Positions 38,169 to 45,432 of a stretch of DNA of 64,000 nucleotides are shown piece after piece. The position numbers were made by a program, and so were the translations under genes. Each line of letters begins with the position of its first letter. Within the stretch, counting starts at the first letter, position 1. This stretch comes from Thiotrichales bacterium (GTDB lineage Bacteria; Pseudomonadota; Gammaproteobacteria; Francisellales; CACEW01). The notes beneath the pieces were generated by a model. The model saw only the letters and a list, made by a program, of their open reading frames with translations, had not been told where the DNA came from and ran no database searches. Where the stretch lies: contig CANJQG010000007.1 of NCBI GenBank assembly GCA_947476405.1, positions 447 through 64,446 of the forward strand, read 5' to 3'.

Positions 38169-38508
38169 CTGAAATTTTCTTATTCTTTTCTCTATCAATT
38201 AACATGTCGATAAAGCTTTGTAAAATAGCCCTATTATCATCATTTTGTACTTGATGTAAGTTGCGGTGGAGAACATCTGAAGTGCTATTAACGCTTTCAT
38301 TGAGTTCGTTTACGCGACCAATAAGATAGTCAGTGGAAACATCTAGCGCATCTGCAAGATTTTTTAGATTATCAAACGATGGTTTTCGTTTGTTATTTTC
38401 AAAAAGAGAGATGACAGAAGGAAGAAGTTTAGCTTTTTTAGCCAGGTCTCCTTGGCTTAGCCCTCTAATTTCTCTTGCCTTTCTAAGATTTTCAAAAAAA
38501 ACAGACAT
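38161..38508 (-). CDS. XRE-family helix-turn-helix transcriptional regulator
   Basis: 115 aa. LRKAREIRGLSQGDLAKKAKLLPSVISLFENNKRKPSFDNLKNLADAL is a classic Cro/C1 HTH. Confidence 0.85.
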   Translation of the reverse strand: MSVFFENLRKAREIRGLSQGDLAKKAKLLPSVISLFENNKRKPSFDNLKNLADALDVSTDYLIGRVNELNESVNSTSDVLHRNLHQVQNDDNRAILQSFIDMLIDREKNKKISDE

Positions 38509-38640
38509 ATCTCTTGACCTTTTGTTTGCGAAATGGTAATATTTTAAATGACGAAAACGATAGTATCTTTGACGTCTAATTAATTATAACGCTTGCAGAA
38601 TTAAAATGCGAGCTATTTCAACCAACAAAGGAGATTAAAA

Positions 38641-38937
38641 ATGAGCGATAGAAATGCTATCATAACAGCAATTACACAGCATATCGGCAAAGAAGGAGGG
38701 GGGCTTAGCGTTTGGTATGTTGGCATTGCATCAAATCCAAAAAAGCGTCTGTTTAGTGATCATAATGTTTGTGAAGTTAATGGAAAATGGATTCACCATG
38801 AAGCTGCTTCCCATACTGTGGCCAGAGCAGCCGAGCAATATTTCATTGATAGAGGCAGTAAGGGTGGGCCTGGTGGTGGAGATGAGCAGACCAAGTATGT
38901 TTATGCTTATAAGGTCACGGCTGAAACCAGAGAGTAG
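38641..38937 (+). CDS. hypothetical 98-aa protein with weak GIY-YIG-like motif
   Basis: GGAG is 7 nt upstream of the ATG. VWYVGIASNPKKRLFSDH resembles the GIY-YIG N-terminal motif. The function call is weak. Confidence 0.55.
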   Translation: MSDRNAIITAITQHIGKEGGGLSVWYVGIASNPKKRLFSDHNVCEVNGKWIHHEAASHTVARAAEQYFIDRGSKGGPGGGDEQTKYVYAYKVTAETRE

Positions 38938-38940
38938 TCA

Positions 38941-39057
38941 ATGAGTGTGCGGATTCGCATCGATCGTGAACAATTTAGCATGATATTTGAGTTGGCCAGC
39001 GTTGCTCATTTATTGCGCGTTTACGTTCAGATGCGAAACACCGTTCAAAATCGATAG
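38941..39057 (+). CDS. possible 38-aa ORF (MSVRIRIDREQFSMIFELAS..., RHH-like beginning)
   Basis: My own translation. It starts 3 nt after the previous stop. No clear SD. Speculative. Confidence 0.2.
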   Translation: MSVRIRIDREQFSMIFELASVAHLLRVYVQMRNTVQNR

Positions 39058-39173
39058 AGATGCCCAATTGCTGAGTTTGAAGTTTCAATTATACAGCGGT
39101 TTATTATGCAAATATGATGACACAAGTTAGTGCCACATAGTATAATGTTTAAGCGATTTCACTGGGCGTCATC

Positions 39174-39764
39174 ATGCAGTATATAGACTATTTTAAAGAT
39201 GCGGTGCAAAGAACTGGGGCTTTAGGGTTGGGAGAGCATAACTTTTCTTTCAAAACGGAGCATACGTATGAGGCTGAGCTTCAGGCCTGGGTTCTGCAAA
39301 ACTTTCGACCACGTAAAGAAGATTTATTCGCAAAATGTAATGTTGCCTGTCAGCAGATACTTACGAGGCTTCACAAAGAAACAGCAATCAAAGGTATCTT
39401 AACCATTGGGACAGTTATTCTTGGTGCGGAAGACTGTTTTTGTTCTGCAAATAAATTTGATGAGAATTTCATAGTGGCAGCCTTGAAGAAAGGAGTGGAT
39501 TCATTAGCGGGCATCAGCTATTCGCATCATGCATGGATTACTTTGGACTCGCAGGAAATATTTGATCCAACATTTCCAATTAGTTACCTGATGTTGCGTG
39601 GTCAAAATATTGATGATATGGAGGATGGTGTTCCAACAATTTTCAAACGATTTACGGACTTTTCAGGGGGCATGTATTATAAGCCAGTATTGGTTGGTGA
39701 TAGCTTTTACAGAATAGCTGATAAAACCAGATATGCCCTTGCTTTGAGTGAAACTATGATCTAA
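39174..39764 (+). CDS. hypothetical 196-aa protein, possible transglutaminase-like / papain-fold cysteine peptidase
   Basis: HAWITLDSQEIFDPT resembles the transglutaminase-core His...Asp segment, with candidate Cys at KCNVAC upstream. The fold call is tentative. Confidence 0.6.
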   Translation: MQYIDYFKDAVQRTGALGLGEHNFSFKTEHTYEAELQAWVLQNFRPRKEDLFAKCNVACQQILTRLHKETAIKGILTIGTVILGAEDCFCSANKFDENFIVAALKKGVDSLAGISYSHHAWITLDSQEIFDPTFPISYLMLRGQNIDDMEDGVPTIFKRFTDFSGGMYYKPVLVGDSFYRIADKTRYALALSETMI

Positions 39765-39786
39765 TAAAGCTGGTTGATGGTGTGCA

Positions 39787-39869
39787 GAATAAGCGCCAAG
39801 CACAGAGACGAAAACACCTGTATATGCCGATACAATGGTGAAGGAGTTCCATGTGCTTGGCGCTTATTC
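39787..39869. repeat. 83-nt compound hairpin: perfect 18-bp inverted repeat with structured 47-nt spacer
   Basis: GAATAAGCGCCAAGCACA (39787-39804) is exactly complementary to TGTGCTTGGCGCTTATTC (39852-39869). Inner pairing joins CACC/TGTAT (39815-39823) with ATACA/GGTG (39830-39840). Confidence 0.8.
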
Positions 39870-39893
39870 CGCGTTGGTTAATAAATCAAATCA

Positions 39894-39933
39894 GGGGTGG
39901 GCGTTTAGGAAAGAGAGAGTTTACGCCCACCCC
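39894..39933 (-). terminator. GC-rich hairpin, probable terminator of the minus-strand RHH operon
   Basis: GGGGTGGGCGT (39894-39904) pairs with ACGCCCACCCC (39923-39933), an 11-bp perfect stem. On the minus strand it is followed by the T-rich TGATTTGATTTATT. Confidence 0.5.
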
Positions 39934-39971
39934 GCATTTGATCAGGTGTGATTAGCACCTTCTTCTTCTTC

Positions 39972-40361
39972 CTAGCGAGGGAAGTCTTCTAAAATTTCGG
40001 TGGCAATTTGAGTGTGATAATCCTTTTCTAATGTGTGGCAAAGTTTCAGCAATACGTGCTGGTTGAGGGCTTTTTCCATGAGTCGTTTGCGCTCCCACTC
40101 CTGGTAGTCGGCGAATTTAATTAGGAGTGCTGGATCAGGCTTGAACGGCATTTCATTTTGCTGGTTTTGTAAAATGGGATTGATGAGGCAGCCGATAAGG
40201 CCTAATTCTTCAGCGCTTGGTGGTGCGGAGAAGCAGTGCAGGTCTAATATTGCATTCAGGTGGGCATTGATGTCTTGCTTTAAGATCTGCGCCTCTTTAA
40301 CCAAAAACAGTTTGGTAAAAAAAGAGCATTTTACGCGGATCATGTGCTGTTGGTTGCTCAT
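39972..40361 (-). CDS. hypothetical 129-aa protein with N-terminal RHH-like segment
   Basis: ATGA overlap with the upstream gene. MIRVKCSFFTKLFLVKEAQILKQDINAHLNAILDL shows a strand-helix-helix pattern. Confidence 0.6.
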   Translation of the reverse strand: MSNQQHMIRVKCSFFTKLFLVKEAQILKQDINAHLNAILDLHCFSAPPSAEELGLIGCLINPILQNQQNEMPFKPDPALLIKFADYQEWERKRLMEKALNQHVLLKLCHTLEKDYHTQIATEILEDFPR

Positions 40362-40639
40362 ACTGGTTCGCCTTGGCTGAGTTTGGCTAAAATGCGTTGC
40401 GCTTCGGTCTCAACATCAATTGTAGAGAAAAAATGTTTGAGATCCTTCACGGAATATCTGGTGAAGCGCATCAGGATTTCCAAGCGAATAGTCTCATGCT
40501 TTTGGACTGATGCTTTTAGGCTGGGCTTGATGGCCCTGTCTCCCTCGTCGTATTGTTTGTTCAGGCGCGCCATATTGAAGCGCTGCATGGCATAGTTGAA
40601 GTTTTCAGCTTCGCGAATTTCCCGTGCTTCTCTATACAT
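40358..40639 (-). CDS. hypothetical 93-aa protein
   Basis: The ATG at 40639 overlaps the upstream stop by 8 nt (ATGTATAG). The ORF track start 40720 would overlap by 89 nt. Confidence 0.55.
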   Translation of the reverse strand: MYREAREIREAENFNYAMQRFNMARLNKQYDEGDRAIKPSLKASVQKHETIRLEILMRFTRYSVKDLKHFFSTIDVETEAQRILAKLSQGEPV

Positions 40640-41114
40640 TTTTTTGCCCCGCGTTTTGGTTGAGGTGGTAAGCATCTGATATAGAGAGCATTGCAATGCG
40701 CTCCCGCTCCTTTGCTTCATCGATGACGCAGCTTTGAATCAGGGTGTCGCAGTGGTTGCGGAGTTCCATTTCAGGGGCGTTGGTAAAGCTGACTAAAAGG
40801 CGAAAAAGGATTTCTGTATTTAGAGAGTGGTTATCGGCACAGGCTGATTCAGTTAATAGGTCAATAATATTGCGACCAATATGTAGTTCATATTTTGCGG
40901 CGCTGTTTGAGATAATCTTTGCGTGCTGCAATTCAATTGCACGAACACGGTATTCGATATCATTGTAGAATGTTGCAAGTAGGCGTCGAGTCACTTCATT
41001 TTGGATTGAGCAGCGATTTGCCTCTGCTTCAATCTCCAGGGCCTCAAATAAAAAATCGCAGAGGGTCAGTTTAATGCAAGGATAGCTTTTGGCATCTTGG
41101 TGAATAGGTAACAT
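40632..41114 (-). CDS. tandem Arc/MetJ-type ribbon-helix-helix protein (two RHH units in one chain)
   Basis: The two units are IKLTLCDFLFEALEIEAEANRCSIQNEVTRRLLATF (aa 14-49) and YELHIGRNIIDLLTESACADNHSLNTEILFRLLVSF (aa 75-110). Both resemble Arc GRSVNSEIYQRVMESF. Confidence 0.65.
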   Translation of the reverse strand: MLPIHQDAKSYPCIKLTLCDFLFEALEIEAEANRCSIQNEVTRRLLATFYNDIEYRVRAIELQHAKIISNSAAKYELHIGRNIIDLLTESACADNHSLNTEILFRLLVSFTNAPEMELRNHCDTLIQSCVIDEAKERERIAMLSISDAYHLNQNAGQKNV

Positions 41115-41150
41115 TTTTATCTCCGTTTGTCATTAAAAATAAATCTTACG

Positions 41151-41279
41151 TTTAGATTAAAGCATCTAAATAAACAAATGTCTAGCTATATTTGCATTAA
41201 GCACCAATAAGTCAATGACGAATCGATGAAAAAAGATCTAAAAACGCGTTTTGTTTATTTTGAAAGATAGTGTTATACT
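41151..41279. promoter_or_regulatory. divergent control region with operator-like palindromes and a candidate promoter for the CI-like gene
   Basis: Palindromes: TTTAGAT-N6-ATCTAAA (41151-41170), AAATAAACAAA (41168-41178) versus TTTGTTTATTT (41250-41260), and perfect AAAACGCGTTTT (41241-41252). The candidate promoter is TTGTTT-17-TGtTATACT (41251-41279). Confidence 0.45.
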
Positions 41280-41309
41280 GGGATTTTTATAGATGAATGT
41301 GAGGCTATC

Positions 41310-41984
41310 ATGAATGAAATTAAGCTGCCCCCCGTTGATTCCAATCTGGATACCATTTCAAAACGCTTAAAATACCTCATTGATCAAGCAGGTGTTAAGC
41401 AGGCACATATTGCTAGGAAGCTTGGCGTATCGCGTGGCGCTGTTCATCATGTTCTCAATAGTGATGCGAAGAGTACGCGCGGTGCGGCTCAAAAGATAGC
41501 ATCACTGCTGGGCGTGGACTCAGAATGGCTACATACAGGGAAGGTGCCAGATAGCCAAGCTCAACAAAAGTCTAAGATGACTATCCCTGAGGGGCGAGAA
41601 TATGTTCCAGTTTACTATTTAGATCAATTGCTCATGCTCAGGCAAAACCTGGGGACTGAGGTTTCGCCACTTAGCTATATGATGCCTCAGCGCCAATATG
41701 AGCAGAAGGTTTTTGCTGTTCAATTAAGTATGCCATCAGCTCTACAAAAGTTTGAAGCTGGAGATATTGTGGTCTTTGCTGAGAAAGCCGTGGTCAAAAT
41801 GGGCGACTGGGTATTAGTTTATAATGCTGAAGAGGGACGGATGATTGTGGGTATGGTGACTTTCCATGAAGCCAATCAGGTCGTTGTTCTGCATCATAAA
41901 GTGGAGTCTCCCCTAGTCTTAAAACAAGGGTCAGACTCAATTGTTGGAGTATTTGTTGAATCAGCCAAATATGCCAGAGTTTAA
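41310..41984 (+). CDS. CI/LexA-like repressor (N-terminal HTH + S24-like C-terminal domain)
   Basis: The HTH is LIDQAGVKQAHIARKLGVSRGAVHHVLNS. The C-terminus FAVQLSMPSALQKFEAGDIVVFAE...GDWVLVYN resembles the S24 fold. The catalytic Ser/Lys dyad is not clearly conserved. Confidence 0.75.
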   Translation: MNEIKLPPVDSNLDTISKRLKYLIDQAGVKQAHIARKLGVSRGAVHHVLNSDAKSTRGAAQKIASLLGVDSEWLHTGKVPDSQAQQKSKMTIPEGREYVPVYYLDQLLMLRQNLGTEVSPLSYMMPQRQYEQKVFAVQLSMPSALQKFEAGDIVVFAEKAVVKMGDWVLVYNAEEGRMIVGMVTFHEANQVVVLHHKVESPLVLKQGSDSIVGVFVESAKYARV

Positions 41985-42005
41985 AACAACTAAGGAGGTT
42001 CCAAA

Positions 42006-42266
42006 GTGAGTAGAAATATAAAGCAGGTGACGCATGATCTGCTTCCCATTATTGAGAGCATTGATGACTTGTGGAAAGAAGTGCAAGCAGCACAACATGA
42101 GCTTTTTGAGAGTTTGAAGCCTGAACATCCAGAAATCAAGGAAGCTTTTTTGAATAGCATCAAGGCGATAAGCGTTTTGGGTGTCCATACACAAACTGCC
42201 CTGGACTATCTTGCAGAGATGGATGATGAGGCCGATAGCGAGGGGATGGAGAAGAGCTATTATTAA
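42006..42266 (+). CDS. small acidic hypothetical protein (86 aa)
   Basis: GTG start with AAGGAGG 8 nt upstream, 21 nt after the repressor gene. Confidence 0.6.
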   Translation: MSRNIKQVTHDLLPIIESIDDLWKEVQAAQHELFESLKPEHPEIKEAFLNSIKAISVLGVHTQTALDYLAEMDDEADSEGMEKSYY

Positions 42267-44851
42267 GAATGCTTATTAAGAGCCTTTTGGACGTCATGTT
42301 TGTCGAGCGCAATTAAGTATTCTGGCAGGTCATCAAAGTGCGATCCTGAGATTAAGTACAGGTGTTCATAGCCGTCTGCGTGTAATTTTTTAGCCAGGTC
42401 ACGCCCGTTAAGCTCTTGAATGCCAAAATCATTATCCAGGCAAATGGGGGTATCTTTTGCATATTTTTCATGCTCTTTGATGAATAGATAGGGGTCTTCA
42501 TAATATTTAACTTTTTTATCTGATAGCTTGTAATCAATGATCGTTTTCATAAAACGCGGCTTGTCGTCTACAATGATGATATCCACTGGCTCAATGGCCG
42601 TAACTTCCCCTGGAGCCTTAAGATTGATGGGTACTTCTACGGCTAATACTTTCGGCAAGACCTTCGCTCCCAATAAGGCTGCGCGTGTCACAATTTCCTT
42701 ATTGGCGTAGTGACTGGTTACCAGAACAGAGTGCTTGATTCCAGAAGCTTCCAGTGCATCCAGGCCATTCATTTTTTGATTGAGCAGTTCATAATCAGTC
42801 AGCAGAAAAGTTGTGCTTTTTTCAGATTCCGTTAAGCTGATAATATAATCCAGTGCTTCAGCACCTTGTTCAAAGTGGACGACCTGTAAATTGTTGGCCT
42901 TAGCAATATCTTGAAAGCGGTGATCCCAAGCTCTGTGAATAACGGTAGAATCATCATCTAATACAATGACGATAGAGCCAGGGATAATTTCAATTTGGTT
43001 GGCAATCCAACCTGGAGTTTTGAGGAGGCGAAAAATCAGTTTAATTGCGGTGCCCTCGCCTATGGCTGAGTGAATTTCCATGCTGCCCTTGTATCGTTGC
43101 AAGGTTTGATGTGCATGATTGAGGCCGATACCGTGCCCATTTTCCTTATCCGCAGTAACCGCCTCTTTATTCATGATGCGTGCGATGAGTTCTTGAGGCA
43201 TTCCCTTGCCATTATCAGCGATGGAAAGAATGACATGTTTATCCGACACATCTAGAGCCACTTGAATTCTAGCCACATCTTTGCAGGCATCCACAGCATT
43301 ATTGATCATATTTGACAGCATACGTTTAAATTCAGTTTGATTGCCAATGATGAAGGCGAAATGGGCTTTTGGAGTGAATTTTGCTTTAATCTTAATATCC
43401 CTATTGCGGTATTGCAGACGTTTTTCTGACAGTATTTCGAGGATTAATGTGGAGATTAAGAGTTCCTGCCATGGCATCTTGTCTGAATGGTCTATTCCTC
43501 TTTCTTCGGTAATGCGATATTGATTGGTCACATTGTTGGCAATATCCTGAATAGTCTGAGTTGCCTCACGAAGTACAATCCGCTCTTCTTCTGGAATTCC
43601 AGTGCATTTTTGGGTTAGAACCAGTAATGCAGCGACGGGGGTTAGCATATTATGGGCGACTTGCGTGGCAATTGCCCCCAGCTTCTTTTTGGCCTGATCT
43701 TTTTCTTCTTTGAATTTAAATGCATTGGCAATAAAAGCCTGGAGGAAAATAAACTCTTCGATGCTGGAAGGCTTATGATCCATAAGACTTTTATCCTTCT
43801 CGTGCATCAATACTTCGATATTTGCAGTGATTTTTTTGAATGGTGCTTCCAAAGTTTTTCCCATAAAAACAGACAAAGTGATCACAATAACGGAGTAAAT
43901 CATAATGAAAAGGGGCAGACTCAAAAACACGTCTTTATTGACGATGGAGAATGAATAGCCAATCACAAAGAACAGCAAGAAGCTAATGACTGATACGCTA
44001 AAAGACCAGAAAACCAATTTGCTTTTGATGCTGGTGTTCTGTCTTACCAAGCTATCAATTGTATAGCTTTTGTCTTTAAGCAAATACATCAGCCCAAATA
44101 AAATGAAGGCCAGTCCCAATAGCCAAAGCAATTCGCCATAGCCCAGCAGGATAACAGTTTGTGAAATGTATGAATAAATGAGAAAAAAATCTCCTGACAT
44201 CAGGATGATAAAGCCGGATAAGAGCAATGAGAACCCTCTATTCTCTGAGTACATCAGGCATAAAATTGCAAAGTCGAAAACAATAATCTGGGCGATAAAA
44301 GTAGAGGCCTGAGCAATGGTATCGTCAGTCCATGCTCCCAGCGCATAATTGATGGAGGACAAAAAGAGGGAAATCACGATGAGATTCATAATTGCAAAAG
44401 GGATCAGCATTTTAACGTAGCGCTTTCGGTTTGGGATGGCTCGACGCAGCACAGCAGAGAAAAATGTGATAATGGCATAGATCCACAGATAAAAGGGAAT
44501 CAGGTCAATCAAAAACGCTACCAGTTTTGAATTGGGGCCTGTGGTGTTTCGAAAATAGGTGACCAAATAAAAAGAGAAATCGTTGGCTAATAGTCCGATG
44601 TTGGCAATGAGCAGCCACTTCAAGACTTTTCGGTCTTCTGCGGCAGCATTTTTGTATATCCTAAAAACAACAATCAACATGAAGACATGCACTAAGAATT
44701 CAATTTGTGCAGCGATATGACTGATTTGATCTGGAGTTTTGAGTTGAAAGGACTGCATCAAAAATAGCAGGAGCCAAATAACCAAGCAAAAAGAAATAAC
44801 GCCAGTAATTGTGTTAAATTTTTTCATCATCGGTATTTTCAAATGTCCCAC
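42263..44851 (-). CDS. hybrid sensor histidine kinase (polytopic N-terminus, DHp, HATPase_c, two receiver-like domains)
   Basis: About 10 TM segments. H-box QVAHNMLTPV, N-box MINNAVDA, G1 DNGKGMP and G2 GHGIGL are present. REC-like segments are VIVLDDD...LLTDYEL and IIIVDD...ICLDNDF. The start may be the ATG at 44830 instead of the GTG at 44851. Confidence 0.88.
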   Translation of the reverse strand: MGHLKIPMMKKFNTITGVISFCLVIWLLLFLMQSFQLKTPDQISHIAAQIEFLVHVFMLIVVFRIYKNAAAEDRKVLKWLLIANIGLLANDFSFYLVTYFRNTTGPNSKLVAFLIDLIPFYLWIYAIITFFSAVLRRAIPNRKRYVKMLIPFAIMNLIVISLFLSSINYALGAWTDDTIAQASTFIAQIIVFDFAILCLMYSENRGFSLLLSGFIILMSGDFFLIYSYISQTVILLGYGELLWLLGLAFILFGLMYLLKDKSYTIDSLVRQNTSIKSKLVFWSFSVSVISFLLFFVIGYSFSIVNKDVFLSLPLFIMIYSVIVITLSVFMGKTLEAPFKKITANIEVLMHEKDKSLMDHKPSSIEEFIFLQAFIANAFKFKEEKDQAKKKLGAIATQVAHNMLTPVAALLVLTQKCTGIPEEERIVLREATQTIQDIANNVTNQYRITEERGIDHSDKMPWQELLISTLILEILSEKRLQYRNRDIKIKAKFTPKAHFAFIIGNQTEFKRMLSNMINNAVDACKDVARIQVALDVSDKHVILSIADNGKGMPQELIARIMNKEAVTADKENGHGIGLNHAHQTLQRYKGSMEIHSAIGEGTAIKLIFRLLKTPGWIANQIEIIPGSIVIVLDDDSTVIHRAWDHRFQDIAKANNLQVVHFEQGAEALDYIISLTESEKSTTFLLTDYELLNQKMNGLDALEASGIKHSVLVTSHYANKEIVTRAALLGAKVLPKVLAVEVPINLKAPGEVTAIEPVDIIIVDDKPRFMKTIIDYKLSDKKVKYYEDPYLFIKEHEKYAKDTPICLDNDFGIQELNGRDLAKKLHADGYEHLYLISGSHFDDLPEYLIALDKHDVQKALNKHS

Positions 44852-45432
44852 GCTCCCTTTAGTAGCGTATCTTTAAAGCACATATCTGTACAGTCAATTG
44901 TGCCGAGAATTTCAGCACCCTCGTGTTTCATAAATAGTTTTGCCGCGCGATTTGATTCCCATACCACAAAGACCTCGCGAGTACAGTGGTTTGCGCGGCC
45001 TAAGTTTTTTCTATAGTTGATCAAAGTTTTATATGCGCTTGATCCTCGATAGGGTTTTGCAATGGTGGTCGCATAGACAACATAGTCTGTGTCTAAGACT
45101 TGCCGAGTATAAAAGTGGTTAATTCGGTGGAAGGCAGACGCTAGGTCATTTTCATCTCGATACCAGTTCGGAGTGCTGTGCTCAACTTCTGCGATTTCAT
45201 CCCGTTTTGCAGCAATAAAAAATCCAACAACATCATCGTCGCAAACCAGAATATGAGTATACTCAGCATAGGGCTTGAGTGTTTGAACCTTTTGGAATGC
45301 AATCGGTTTAAGATTTAACTTATTTTTAAGCGATGCCAGTTCATAGTATCCAGTCTCAAAGAGTAAATGAGCGACTTGATCCAGCTGTCCTTCGTTTAAT
45401 TCGTTACCTGTAATAAAGTGAAAATTTTTCAT
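44839..45432 (-). CDS. GNAT-like protein (197 aa), function unknown
   Basis: ATGA overlap with the upstream PnuC-like gene at 45429-45432. VVGFFIA...TIAKPYRGSSAYKTLI resembles GNAT motif A. Confidence 0.55.
   Translation of the reverse strand: MKNFHFITGNELNEGQLDQVAHLLFETGYYELASLKNKLNLKPIAFQKVQTLKPYAEYTHILVCDDDVVGFFIAAKRDEIAEVEHSTPNWYRDENDLASAFHRINHFYTRQVLDTDYVVYATTIAKPYRGSSAYKTLINYRKNLGRANHCTREVFVVWESNRAAKLFMKHEGAEILGTIDCTDMCFKDTLLKGAWDI

Larger units (their letters stand above)
27190..42266. mobile_element. integrated mobilizable element remnant (Ti-type Dtr module + leading region + regulators + cargo); boundaries not resolved
   Basis: It contains a TraA relaxase, traC/traD-like genes, an oriT-like core, a TraF peptidase, ArdA, XRE/ImmA and a CI-like repressor. 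No integrase, T4CP, T4SS or flanking direct repeat was identified. The left edge could lie as far left as about 26.2 kb. Confidence 0.6.

Noticed and set aside
39851-39955. 34-aa ORF (MCLALIPRWLINQIRGGRLGKREFTPTPHLIRCD) with an AAGGAG 4 nt upstream and its start buried in the 18-bp stem, which superficially looks like a type I toxin
   Set aside because: The hydrophobic stretch is only about 10 aa, too short for a membrane toxin. The ORF runs through two large hairpins that better explain the sequence, and no antisense promoter was seen.
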